A DNA stretch of 64,000 bases, from positions 68,448,001 through 68,512,000 of the forward strand of contig CM060731.1 of NCBI GenBank assembly GCA_030704615.1, in the 5' to 3' direction. Of the stretch, positions 24,856-37,217 are shown in pieces (position 1 is the stretch's first letter; every line of letters starts with the position of its first letter). The stretch is from Takakia lepidozioides (taxonomy: Eukaryota; Plantae; Bryophyta). A model generated the notes under the pieces. That model did not search any database, was not told the origin of the DNA, and saw only the letters and a program-made list of their open reading frames with translations. Position numbers and translations under genes: made by a program.

Positions 24856-27800
24856 TTACAGGGAACCAGCAGACTTCCTTAGCCGTCTAGCAAACCTGGG
24901 TCCTTTCAACAAACTCTTTGGAGACCTTGAAGGCTTTTGCACCGACATGGTTTGTTTTGGAGAGCGCCGCCTAGGTGCCCCACGAAAACGTAAAGGAGTC
25001 GTTCGAATTGGGCCTGGGGAAACCCCCTTCTTCAGAGCACTTCCTCTTGGGGTCGCTGCAGGTGGCGTTCGCATGGACAATGGTGGTAGCGGACCATGTG
25101 GCTTCCACACTAAATTGTTCTTCAATGAAAATCTCACCTTCTTTTTCTTCTTCACTGAATTGCTACCGACTACCTGATCATCTCCATTTGACTTTGGTGA
25201 CGTTGAGTGTTGTGAGAGTCCCGTACTACATGACACATCACTCTGGGAATCACTCTCATCACCCTTCTTCCCTCTCTTCCTCTTCCTCTTACTGCCAGTG
25301 TTGAGAGGAGAAGGTCCAAGTGCTGGTGAGCCTTTGGAAGTAGGCTCTGGACTCCCATTAGCAGCAATTGACGCAAACTTCTTCTCCAGATTTGAAATCA
25401 CCGAATCATTCAACCCTATATCCAACTCACCATCCCTTACACCAAAAGCGTCCTGTGATTCATCTTGATCTGCTCCACTCAAACCCAGGTCTCTCTCACT
25501 CCCATTTGCCACAGCTGTTGCCTCCATATAAGTGTTCACCTCCACTTCAATCTGAACTGCTAATCCATACACAACATCAGATAAATACCCGTAGAAAATA
25601 CATAAAATACAAACAAACAAACAACAAGAATTAAAAGACAGTAAGACAGGTCTAAGCAGTTCCTCGCAAGATGCAGCAAATTGAAAGTCTTCATGGGTCC
25701 ATATGATCCCAAACTTTCATATTGAGTACTCGAACTCAGCAGTGTCTGAGCACAATCTAGAGACCTCTCTCACGGCCTGCCATGGCATAACTGGACTCCG
25801 GATGCAGAGTAAACCTTGCTCTCCCTCTAAGCTCTCTAGTTCACTCAATTCACACTGTCTGTCTAGACTCAGCACCAAATCCCCTTCAGTACTTCCCATG
25901 GTTTCATCCCCTTACCCACGCTAGCTACTGGGAATTAGTGTCCGCTGTCGAAAGCCTGCCTCTTACTTCTGCTACTCTGCTGATTCAACCTTCCTTGCTA
26001 ACTGTCCACTATACTTTTACTCGCGCAGCCAACACAATACCCGTTGATTGTAACTGATATTGCAAAAAGGCAATGTAGACTTACCATTTGAAGTGACACT
26101 GCATACCTTCTTGAGAGAGACCATTGTCTAACAGTTCTGCAATGCTATCGGATTTCTTTTGCTTTGAAGACTGGCCTTGGACTCTTCTGCTGGCAACTTT
26201 CTCTTTTCGCTTCTTTTCAGATGAGCTCCCTCTTGTTCTGCCCAGAATTGTCTCTGTTACGGAACCATCTCCCTCCTTCCTTCCACCTTCTCTCCCACTC
26301 TCTTCCGGGACCTTATGTTTCCCATTTTCTTCCCTCTCCTGTTGGTCAGTACTTCCTACGACAACCAGCTGTCCTTCATCAGCACCAATTCCGTGTTCCT
26401 TGACCTTGCCTGTTTTTGGGCTTGGGGTTCTTTTTGGGTTTTGTCGGCAAGGAGATTCCTTCACTAGCTTCTTCTGTCCAACCACAGCCTCCCTTGCTTT
26501 CCTCTTCTTTCCCCCTGAGCCCGAGCCAGAGACCACCTCTGCCTTTCCATTGGTGTCCAAGCCAGTTCTGTCCTCTTGGATCTTTTTTCCACTGTTTCTT
26601 AGCACACGGGTATGCCCACATCCACCTTCCCCAGAGCTTTCAGAGCTTGGCCCACTGTCAGCATTCAGACCTCCATCAGTTTTTACAGAGGCGGGTGCTT
26701 TGGGGGTCACAGCCAAACACTTGTCTAACTTGCTAAAATCATCATAAAGCTCATACAGAAATTTCCGGTTGGTTTGGGGAGTAGAAGCAGAGGAGGCAAG
26801 CTCCAAGAGACTGGCAGACATAGGAAGACCCAGCACAAGTGCTCCAAATGTCTCACCTTCCTTTCCATCACACAAACTCTTGGCATCATCCAGAAGGACA
26901 TTGAAAACTCTTTCCCTCACTCTCTTCAACAAGGTTTTATCAGTTGCAGCAGCAAGTGTGGAATAAAATGGCTGCAACAGCAGCCCAAGAGTGTCTGTTG
27001 ATATTGGCTGGAACTTCCGAAGTTCATCCAGGAAGATGTCTGCAAAATGAAGGTTGATACCTAGCGCTGGAAACTCGTCGGTGGCAAGTAAGGCCCTCTC
27101 AACGAGGGCATCCATGAATTTCCGCACTGTGTCATCATCCCACTGATGCTTTTTAAGAACAACAAACACACGCTCCATGAATTGTCTCAACAGCAGGTAG
27201 AATTTGTCCATCCTCAGTCTGTCGATCCCACCCCACTCTCTCCTCATTGTTGACAGAAAGACCTTGAAAAATTTCAAGGATAGCTCTAAATCCAGGCTTT
27301 CAAGGATGCCTGCCAACCTATCAATTAGATCTGCCTGTATGGGCGCCTTATCCGCATGCCACACGCAGTAAAACAAACCTTTCCATATTTTCTTCAGCTC
27401 ATCTTCCCCAACTTCCTGTAGGAGTTTTCAAATCCTTGTCAGAACCAAGCCTCATGACAGCCATACAATTAATATTCTGTACAAGAGCCACTTGATACCG
27501 AAACTAAATCTCTCTGCACTGTAACCCATGGCTACTAACCCAATGTAATGACGCAACAGGCACCGAACCAGTCAAATAGGTGAAAAGAGATCTGTATCCT
27601 CATGCACTAGTTCTATAATATCCAGCATTATTCAAAAGAAAGGGCAGGGGAAGTGACAGCCACTCAGGAAGCAATGGAGTCCTGCATCTTTAATGTCACT
27701 GTGACACAATTTACAGTACAGGTATCGCCATGAAGGCACCTCGAGTAGGGTCTGAGTGCCACAGGCAAGTAGGAATCACGTTGGCAATCTGAAGTTATCG

Positions 27801-28192
27801 GCTTATCAAAGGAATATACCCTACCACTGAGGATAATACACTTTTTGATGAGACAGAAGCAGAATGAACTCATAGGCCTAAGTATTAACATCTCATTTCT
27901 CATGGGAGGACGAGATTCTCAACAGCTACCCTAAACGGAACAAAATTATGGAGCTTCATCACAATGCAGATGACAAAGAGAGTAGGTCTATCGGGACAGA
28001 CTGATAAGCGAAGCGGGAATTGAAAATGACACAGACAGATCCAAAGGAAAGGAGTGTATGCGTCATTACTTGCTGACAGGTAAGCCAAAGCACAAGTAGA
28101 GACACGCCTTTCTCCCGCGTCTTCTTGTCTGACGATGCCAGTTTCCTAGCAAAGCTGTGACTGGTCTGCACCATTCCACCTTCCTTCTCCAT
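24856..28192 (-). CDS. RRP1: Ribosomal RNA processing protein 1 (RRP1/Nop52 family); exons 28192-28070, 27415-26107, 25559-24856 (~711 aa; second intron boundaries less certain)
   Basis: FARKLASSDKKTREK, ELKKIWKGLFYCVWHADK and TMRREWGGIDRLRMDKFYLL form the Nop52 domain. The plant-type C-terminus reads KKVRFSLKNNLVWKP..PLPP...TPRGSALKKG. The model is 2136 nt in frame. Confidence 0.9.
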
Positions 28193-29102
28193 CTTATCCG
28201 CTCCTGCTCCTACTTAGACATTGATGAATAACACCCTCGTGACGACAGGCCAAAAAGGGCCAGACAGTCGAAGTTGAAAAGACAGGATTTGGAAAAATCA
28301 AGTTATGAGAGAAAGATTCAAACGGGATTGTGTAGAAGGTCACATCTAGTAAAATTCTGAATTCAATGCGACAGACGACTAAGAGACCGATCAAAATAGA
28401 GCTGATGAATAACAGGTAGGGACACCGCTCAAAGCAAGCACTCGGGAGAGACGAAGGAATATGCTGAAGTAGTCTGCCTTGATATCCTACCAACTACCAA
28501 ACTGAGACAACGTAATTACAGACACATAGAAGTTTACACTGGGGACAGAAGTTCCGACGTGTTTCATCTACACCACCATAGCGGACCAGGTCTCGCAATG
28601 GATTATAACCCTGAAAACCAACAAACTAACTAACAAAGAGCGATTCAGCGAAAATATCCACACCGGAAAAGCATATTCAGAGAAGCAGAGGGGAAAATGC
28701 AAAAACAAACGCACACGAAGAGGGAAAAGACACAGACTACGGAATACAAACCACCACAGAAACCAGAACGGCCAGGTCTGGAAACGAAGCAAATCAGCAC
28801 ACGAAGAGAACGATGATTCTGAACACACAACCTACCCACATCCACCAGGTCTCGAAGAAACCCCAAAAACCACACAGAAAGCAGATGAACGATCAGATGA
28901 TATCGTTGATACCCCCACAGCACCCAGACCATCCAGGCTTCCAACCCAGCAAGAGAAAAAGACTGCAACATACGCAGATCGAGGAGACTTGAAGCAGTTT
29001 GGGAAGAAGACGAGGGCGGAGGTCGGCCATAGCCGACACGCTCCAAGCGCGGCACACTCAGTCCGCTGATGGCCGTTTCCATCGACGACCCGGCCCGCGC
29101 CA

Positions 29103-29158
29103 GATGACGGGACCCGTCATCATGGGCCCGGGTTCTCATCGCGGGCGGCCCGCGATGA
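29103..29158. promoter_or_regulatory. Two GC-rich palindromes flanking a TGGGCC site II-like motif in the divergent RRP1/phosphatase intergenic region
   Basis: gatgacggg-a-cccgtcatc (29103-29121) and tcatcgcgggc-g-gcccgcgatga (29136-29158). Confidence 0.5.
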
Positions 29159-29701
29159 CCTCACCCGTTACCCATGCGGACCGTTGTTCCTGCGGGCTGC
29201 CTTTATTGGCTATATTTGAATATTTGAATTTCGAAATTCGAACCGGCCCACTTCCCGACCAAGTATTCCGGTGGAATAGGTCATTCAAAAAAGCCCGATC
29301 CCTCTCTCTCTCTCTCTCTTTCCTTGCGATTTTGTTAAAGAGCTGCAACCGTGTGTGAGCTCTGATCTCTGTTTTCCTCTTGTGATTGGGCAGGCTGTGT
29401 GTCTCCCCGTTGGCCAGTCAAATCGATCTGCGACTGCTACCTCAATCTGATGGTTGAGGTCAGATTTGAACTCTCGTTGTCGGTGAGAGCCCATGCATCT
29501 CCCTCTCTCTTCTATCCCTCCCTAGAACTGAATCTGAAGCATGGTTCACATGGGTTGGGAGATATAATTTGATTATGTGGCTCACTTCAGTGACAACTTT
29601 GATTCTCTCCCTCAATCGCATTGTGTGAGATCGGCCATAACCCTAACAATTCGGGAGTGTGGTACACTTGCTTCTGTGAAGTGGTCTACTAGGCTGGAGA
29701 A

Positions 29702-30723
29702 ATGGGGGTATCCTTGTCGGTGTCCATTATATCAGCCGTCGTGTTGGGTTCATACCTGGCTGTAAGGGAGTCAGCTCCCAAAGTTGTTGTTTACCCCATG
29801 CTGCACGCATCGTTGGTAGGATTTGCAGTTGCCGTCTCTGCGCACCCGCTGGTGAACTACACTGCATTATTTGGGAAGACTTTGGAGGGCGTGATTCCGT
29901 GGTGGTCCTATGCTGCTTTTTGCCCTTACCTTGTGCTTCTCAGGGGATATGTAACTCTCAGACGCGTTAAGAGCAAAGAGCCAGTATACACGGAGGTTAG
30001 CGAGGGCTTGTTTGTTGGGGGTTGGCCTTCTTTGGAGTCACATGTCCCTCCTGGAAATCCTGCTGTAGTGGATTGCACATGTGAGCTCCCTCGAAGTGCA
30101 TGTGTGGAACGGCTTCCCTATCTTTGCCTTCGGATATGGGATACGCGTGCACCCTGTCCCGACGATATTGAGCTGGCTGTTCGGTGGGCAATGAAGAAGC
30201 GAAGCCAGAATCGGCCTGTCTTTATTCACTGTGCTTTCGGTAGGGTTGGTGTTCCCTGCAGATGACTTGTGGTATGAAAAGCTGTGGATTGTCTTTTGCA
30301 AAGCTTACCTTTCTATGTGGATAGATGGGCAACGTAGGAGGGGAGCAGCAAATGCATTCAGAGGTCATGCATTGATTAGTTATGGTAGTCCCATGAAGGC
30401 ACAGTATTCAGAGTTTATGTCTGGGCCATTGAATCCGCATGATGCATCAGTAGGGAATTTTCAGCAAATGGGTCCTTCAACTCTTCTTCTTTTCTGGAAC
30501 AGGTCATGGGCGCAGCGTAACAGTGATGTGCGCATTATTGGTTGCATTGGGCATGACTGACACTTGGCAGAATGCGGAAAATTTGATCAAAAGACGTCGG
30601 CCCCTTGCTCGGCTTAACAAACTCCAGCGGAACAGCCTGGCTCAATGGAGTAAGTTATGGTGTGCAAAGCGTGCCAAGAATTCATCGTTGAGCATGCTGT
30701 TTAAGGAGAAATTTCTCTTGTAG
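29702..30723 (+). CDS. Membrane-anchored dual-specificity protein phosphatase-like protein (YnbD-like); exons 29702-30239, 30503-30723 (252 aa)
   Basis: Hydrophobic N-terminus, GLFVGGWP, VVDCTCELP and WDTRAP; splicing creates the CX5R loop FIHCAFGHGRS. 759 nt in frame. Confidence 0.88.
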
Positions 30724-31571
30724 TATTTGGTTATTTCATTTGAATTTACCAGTCAGGTATACTGGATGTGGGAGGAAAAGGTATGAAGAGCAGACAGACA
30801 CTCCAATCATGTTGACATATTCAACTCAGCTAGTGAGGAATGTCTGACCTGTAGTACCAGGGTGTTGATGCAACAGAGAGTTTCACAAAGTTTGGTAGGT
30901 CTGGTTGTGTGGACATAGGCCAGGCCCTGTGGAATTGCACAAGATAGGTTACTTCTCCTAGCCACCTTAGCTGTCTGTGTCCTCCAGCTTCCTATAGATT
31001 GGCCACACTCTGGCACACTTTTGTAGTTGGTCCTGAATTCACTTCACATTAGCCAATACTGGGATTGTCTTCCTGCCGTCCATTGTGAGGTATGCTGGGG
31101 CATTAACTCTGAGAATGGTTCAACTTAAAAGGCTTTCAGGGCAGTAGCCTAATTGACCAGATTGCTTTTGTAAATTTCTATTAGCCACCTGAACATATTA
31201 TTTGCATGAAAGAGAAGGTGTTGTGGTGTTGGGTGCAGAGAGGCTGCCCTGATGGTCAGGTTATGGCTGCTGCTATCCTTCTTATGGAGCATGACCAGGA
31301 CACAGCCTGCCTGTACGAGCCCTGACTGTCTATCAAACCACTGGTTACTCTTTATAAACTGGTCAAGTATGTTTCCTTTCATGGAGCTTGCAGGTGTGCA
31401 TGCTACCTGAACCTGAATATGAAGGACTTCAAAGTAGCTGTATATCATGTTTCTTGTAAAGTAATCAGCTTCCAATTCATAATAAGGGTAATGCCTATTG
31501 GCAGTCCTTGCTCTGATGTGAAATAAAGACTACCCATGCAGATGTGAAGCCACTTCACTTTTACATATGTT

Positions 31572-31822
31572 CTGATTAATCCAGCCATGTGACTTGGATT
31601 GGACTGGCCAGTGCTTATGTGATTATGAGATAAAACATCAAGCACTTTTCTATGAGGGGGGAGAGCCTGTGTCTGGGCGGCAGAGCTTGTGATATTCCTC
31701 TTTCTGAACTCCAAAAGCTGGACCAAGAGGTAGGCTTCTGAACAGTTTGTTGTTATGGTGGAGGGACTTGGTGGAGGCTGTCCAGTTCCAGTTTGATCAT
31801 GTTGCATGAAAATACATGCCAT
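31572..31822 (+). repeat. Dispersed duplicate of 42952-43205
   Basis: ctgattaatccagccatgtgac...gaaaatacatgcca is near-identical at both places. Confidence 0.9.
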
Positions 31823-32939
31823 ATGGAATACCAAATGCCCGACCATTCTACTATCATCTACAACCCTCGACAAATCATCTACAACCCCCGACAAATCAAC
31901 CACTAGTGGTTGTAGATGATTTGTGGAGGGTTGATTTTGTGGGCAAACGGTATACATAGGGGTACCAAATGCCAATGTCTTCATCCCACTTGTTCATCAA
32001 ATATTCTCTAATAGATTCTTAGATCCCTTAAAATTATGCTTAGATGCTTTCACCTTTGATTTGTCGGGCATTTGGTACCCCGAAGGAATGGTGTGTGGCC
32101 ATGCCCCTTGACAAATCAACCTACTTGTTCACACCACTTGTTGACGACATGAGCTTCAACAACATAGGTGGTGCCAACAAGGTTGATGGTGCCATTAAGG
32201 TTAGGCGCCAACAAGGCTGGTGGCGCCAACAAACTTAATGGTGCCAACAATGTTGGTGGCACCAAGTTGTTGGGGGGTAAGTTGGGGCCTTACCACACGA
32301 GAGGCAGCTAGAGGCAATGACCTGGAAGTCTTGGAAGTCCCTGGATATAAGGGGCGATGGGAATAAAACGTAGGTACATGCTAGCACGGCTACCACATGG
32401 GTGACAATCCAGTGTGCATAAGGAGACAAGAAGGGAGAGAAGAAACGACGATCTGTCTAAAGGGGAGAGGAGATAGACAAATCCGTGGCGGGAAGGAGCG
32501 AAACACGACAAAAGATTCCCTAACATTTCGGATTTCCAAGCGGTAGTCCCTGGAAATCCGACTTCCGCGTAGAGGCTCCACGTCTGCACCACGTCGGCCA
32601 TACTTTTTCTTGCCGTTGCTTCCTGTTCCTCTCATGTGGTAGGTGAAGGTGCCGCTCTGACATGAAGTGACCAATCGTAGTCTCGCGTTTGCTTCCTGTG
32701 CCGCTACCACACCCTTAGTTCAAATTGGCACAACTTAATTTTTGATTAATAAGTATATGTACGTATCTACATTTAGGTAGAGGTATGCATGTCATTTGGA
32801 TAATTCAAATGTGATGAGGATTATAACGTTAAAATTTGATGATATTTAAAGAACAATTTGATCTAATATCATGTGTGGACTTATAGTCTAGTTTATTCGT
32901 ATTACTTAGAATTGCAATAAAATATTCTGAATTAAAAAA

Positions 32940-33240
32940 TCACAAAGATGTCAGAGATCGAATTAAAAATCTATTCTATAACAGCTTATTAAATGCAGAT
33001 AAAATATCACAATTCAGTGTTTACTCTTACATGTGCTTTCAATTATTATATTGGTCATTTATGTGTACAGATTCTCATAAGTGGAATATTTCATTGTCCT
33101 ACAATAAGTTATATTTAAAAATTCACATGGATGTGAGAGACCGGATTTAAGAAAATTAATGATTTTGTTTTAAAATGCAGATAAGATTTCGTGATTTAAT
33201 AATAATATTCACTCTTACATGCACTTGCTATTATTATATA
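32940..33240. repeat. AT-rich degenerate tandem duplication, ~183 bp period
   Basis: gatgt.agaga at 32947/33130; aaatgcagataa...actcttacatg...attattatat at 32991/33173. Confidence 0.6.
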
Positions 33241-33242
33241 GA

Positions 33243-36200
33243 CTAGGGTAGCATGTTCTGTTGGCCCAAGTGTCATCTAAGCCCATGTGCAATGTCATAT
33301 GTATCCAAGTGCGTCTCCTATGTCGAGGCCCAAGTCGACCTCTACAGTAGCTTGTGTCGTTGGCCCATGTGTGAATAATTGAAATTTAAGACAAGTGCAA
33401 TTTCCTATGTATCGTAGTGCGTCTCCTATGTCGAGGCCCATCTAAGCCCAAGTGCAATTTTTTATGTATCCAAGTGTATCTCCCGTGTAGAGGCCCAAGT
33501 GTCCACTGTCATTTAACCCCAAATGCAATCTCTTATGTATCCAAGTGCCTCTCCTATGTCGAGGCCCGTCTAAGCCCAACGTGCAAATCTTTTATGTATC
33601 CAAGTGCATCTCCCGTGTAGATGCCCAAGTGTCCACAGTCATTTAAGACCAAATGCAATTTCTTATGTATCGGGCAGTGCGTTTGCTATGTTGAGGCCCA
33701 AGTGCGACCTCTAGTAACCTATGTCGTTGGCCCATGTGTGAAAAATTGAAATTTAAGCCAAAGTGCAATCTTTTATTCATGTATCCAAGTGCATCTCCCA
33801 TATATAGGCCCAAGTGTGACCTCAAGTGTCCACTGCAATCCTCAATGTATCCAAAGACCTACGGTTTGCGAATCTCTATGTCATTGCCCACATTGCTATT
33901 TTTGCAATCTCCTTTGTCGAGGCTTCATATATCGATATATCCACTTTGCTATTTTTTATTTCCAGCGACCAAAAGTATTTGAAATTCCAAATCCCCCACA
34001 TGAAGGGCCAATCATTGTCCTCCGGGAAAGCCCACTTTGCTATTTTTCTCGAATTTCAAAGCACTTGAAATTCCAGATCTCCCACACCGCCGGTCCAAAA
34101 ATCATGAGACCAAGCCGGTGCACCCCTCTTCACCGAGGGCTTTCCAACGACACCAAGCACCCGCGCTGGGCCGCGGTTTGGGAGATCTCAACGCTACAAA
34201 ACAAAACAAAACAAACGTCTCGATTCATATATTGATAGGGTAGCATATGCCGTTGGCCCAAGTGTCCAGTGTCATTTAAGTCAAAGTGCATCAATATATG
34301 AAGCAAGCCATATCCAATCATTTTTTTTCCATAGAGCCTACGATCAGATTTGAACTGGAGACCTTTCCCTTGATATCTCCAAGTGTCTCCTACGTTGAGG
34401 CTCAAATGTGACCTCTAGGGTAGCTTGTGCTGTTGGCCCAAATGCCCATTGTCATCTAAGCCCAAGTGCAAGATCTCATATGTATCCTAGTGCTTGTCCT
34501 AAGTGAGGCCCAAGTGCGACCTCTAGGGTAGTATGTGCTGTTGGCCCAAGCGTCCACTGTCATCTAAGTATAATGATTTAACCATATCTAATCATTTTTT
34601 TTCCACATAGCTTATGACCAAATTTGAACCGAGACCTCTCCTTTGTCAATGTCTCTCTCGTCAAGGCTCCAACCATTCTCCCAGGAATGCCCACTTTGCT
34701 ATTTTTCCCGAATTTCCAATGGCCCAATGTATCTAAGTAAGTTTTTTTTCCACATAGCCTACGACCAGATTTGAGCCCGAGACCTCTCCCTTGATATCTC
34801 TCCCGTGGAGGCTCCAACCAAACCATTGTCCCAAGAATGCCCACTTTGCCATTTTTGCTATTTTTTGTGAATTTCCAGCGACCAAAATGACTTGGAATTC
34901 CACATCTCCCTCACTGCTTGTCCAAAAATCTTGAGACCATGCCGGTGCACCCCTCCTCATCGAGGGCTTTCCAACGGCACCAAGCACCCGCGCTGGGGCC
35001 GCGGTTTGGGAGATCTCAACGACGCTACAAAACAAAACAAAACAAACGTCTCGCTTCATATATTGATCATTTATACGTATCCCATGAATTCAAGAAGACT
35101 AGGGTAGCCGGTGCCATTGACCAAGTGTCCAATGTCATCTAAGTCCAAGTGCAATCCCCTAGGTATCTCGAGACCCTCATGTTTGGCAAATCTAGGCCTA
35201 GGGTAGCCTTCTCCATTGGCCCATATGTTAAGAATTGAAATATAAGTCCAAGTGTAATCCCCTATGTATTCAAGTAGCGTCTCCTATATCGAGGCCCATG
35301 TATGAAGAATTGAAAGCTAAGCCCAAGTGCAATTTCTTATGTATCCAAGTGAGTCTCCTATGTTGAGGCCCAAGTGCGACCTCTAGTGTAGCCTATGCCG
35401 TTGGCCCATGTGTGAAGAATTGAAATCCAAGCCCAAGTGCAATCTTGGTATCCAAGTGCATCTCCCATGTACAAGCCCAAGTGTCCACTGTCATCTAAGT
35501 TCGAGCGCAATCCCATATCTGATCCCTTTTTTTTTTTTGCAGAGAGCCTACGACCAAATTTGAATCGGAGACCTTTCCCTTGATATCTCTCCCTTCGAGG
35601 CTCCAACCATTGTCCCAAGAATGCCCACTTTGCCATTTTTGTATTTTTTGTGAATTTACCAAAAGCACTTGAAATTCCAAATTTGCCACATGATGGGCCA
35701 ATCATAGCTCCAGGATAGCCCTCTTTCCTATGTCGAGGCCCAAATGCAACCTCAGGATAGCATGTGCCGTTGGCCCAAGTGTCCAGTATCATTAAGTCCC
35801 AGTGCAATCCCTATGTATCCAAGTACGTCTCTTATGTCGAGGCCCGTGTGTGAAGAATTGAAATCCAAGCCCAAGTGCAATCTCCTATGTATCCAAGTGC
35901 TTCTCCCATGTAGAGACCCAAGTGCGACCTCCGTGTCCAACGTCATCTAAGTCCAAGTGCAATCCCAAAGCCCATGCACCAAGCACCAGCTCGGGCTCAC
36001 GGTTTGCGAGATCTTAATGATGCTACAAAACAAAACAAACGTCTCAATTCATATTTTGACTAGGGTAGTATGTGCCGTTGGCCCAAGTCTCTAGTGTCAT
36101 CATCTAAGTCCAAGTGCAATCCCCTATGTATCCAAGTGCGTCTCCTATATCGACGCCCAAATGCGACCTCTAGGGTAACTTTGTGCCATTGGCCCAAGTG

Positions 36201-37217
36201 TCCAGTGTCATCATCTAAGTGCAATCCCCTACGTATCCAAGTGCGTCTCCTATGTCGAGCCCCAAATGCAACCTCTAGGGTAGCAAAGTGTATAGTGTCA
36301 TCTTAGCCCAAGTGGAAGATCTTCTACGCATCCCACTCCGTCTCCTATGTTGAGGCCCAAGTGCGACCTCTAGTGTAGCCTATGCCGTCGGCCCATGTGT
36401 GGCGAATTGAAATCTAAGACCAAGTGCTATGTCGAGGCCCATCTAAGCCCAAGTGCTATGTCGAGGCCCATCTAAAGCCCAAGTGCAATCTTCCATTCAT
36501 GTATCCAAATGCATCTCCCATGTAGAGGCTCAAGTGTCTAGTGGATCATCTTAACGCAAATGCAATCTCCTAAGTATCCAAGTACGTCTCCCATATCTAG
36601 GGTGGCCTATGCCGTTGGCCCAAGTGTCCAATGTCATCTAAGTCCAAGTGCATCAATATATGAAGCAAGCCATATCTAATCAAATTTCCACAGAGCCTAC
36701 GACCAGATTTGAACCCGAGACCTTTGCCTTGATATCTCTCATGCGGAGGCTCCAACCATTGTCCCAGGAATGCCCACTTTGCTATTTTTGCTATTTTTCG
36801 TGAATTTTCAGCGACCCAAAGTACTTGAAATTCCATATCTCCCACACCGCGTGTCCAAAAATCATGAGGCCAAGCCGGTGTATCCCTCCTCGTCTAAGGC
36901 TTTCCAACGGCACCAAGCACCGGGGCTGGCCCTGCGGTTTGGAAGATCTCAACGACGCTACAAAACAAAACAAACGTCTCGCTTCATATATTGACTAGGG
37001 TAGCCTCTACCATTGGCGGGCCAAGTGTCAAGTAAGCCCAAGTGCAATCTCCTATGTGTGCAAGTGTGTCTCCTATGTCGAGGCCCAAGTGCGACCTCTA
37101 GAGTAGCCTCTGCTGTTGAATGTCATCTAAGTCCAAATGCATTTTTTTTCCATAGAGCCTACAACCAGATTTGAACCGGAGACCTTTCCCTTGATATCTC
37201 TCTTCTCAAGGCTCCAA
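33243..37217 (-). mobile_element. Tandem/nested array of non-autonomous Helitron-like units
   Basis: On the minus strand units begin TCAA(T/A)ATATGAA and end ...GGGCCAACGGCA..GCTACCCTAG. There are direct CTAG|TC junctions, many reiterated 3' ends and no transposase ORF. Confidence 0.7.

Noticed and set aside
33243-37217. CRISPR-like array or protein-coding ORFs in the repeat block
   Set aside because: There are no constant repeats with unique spacers and no cas genes, and the context is eukaryotic. The short ORFs are by-products of the repeats.
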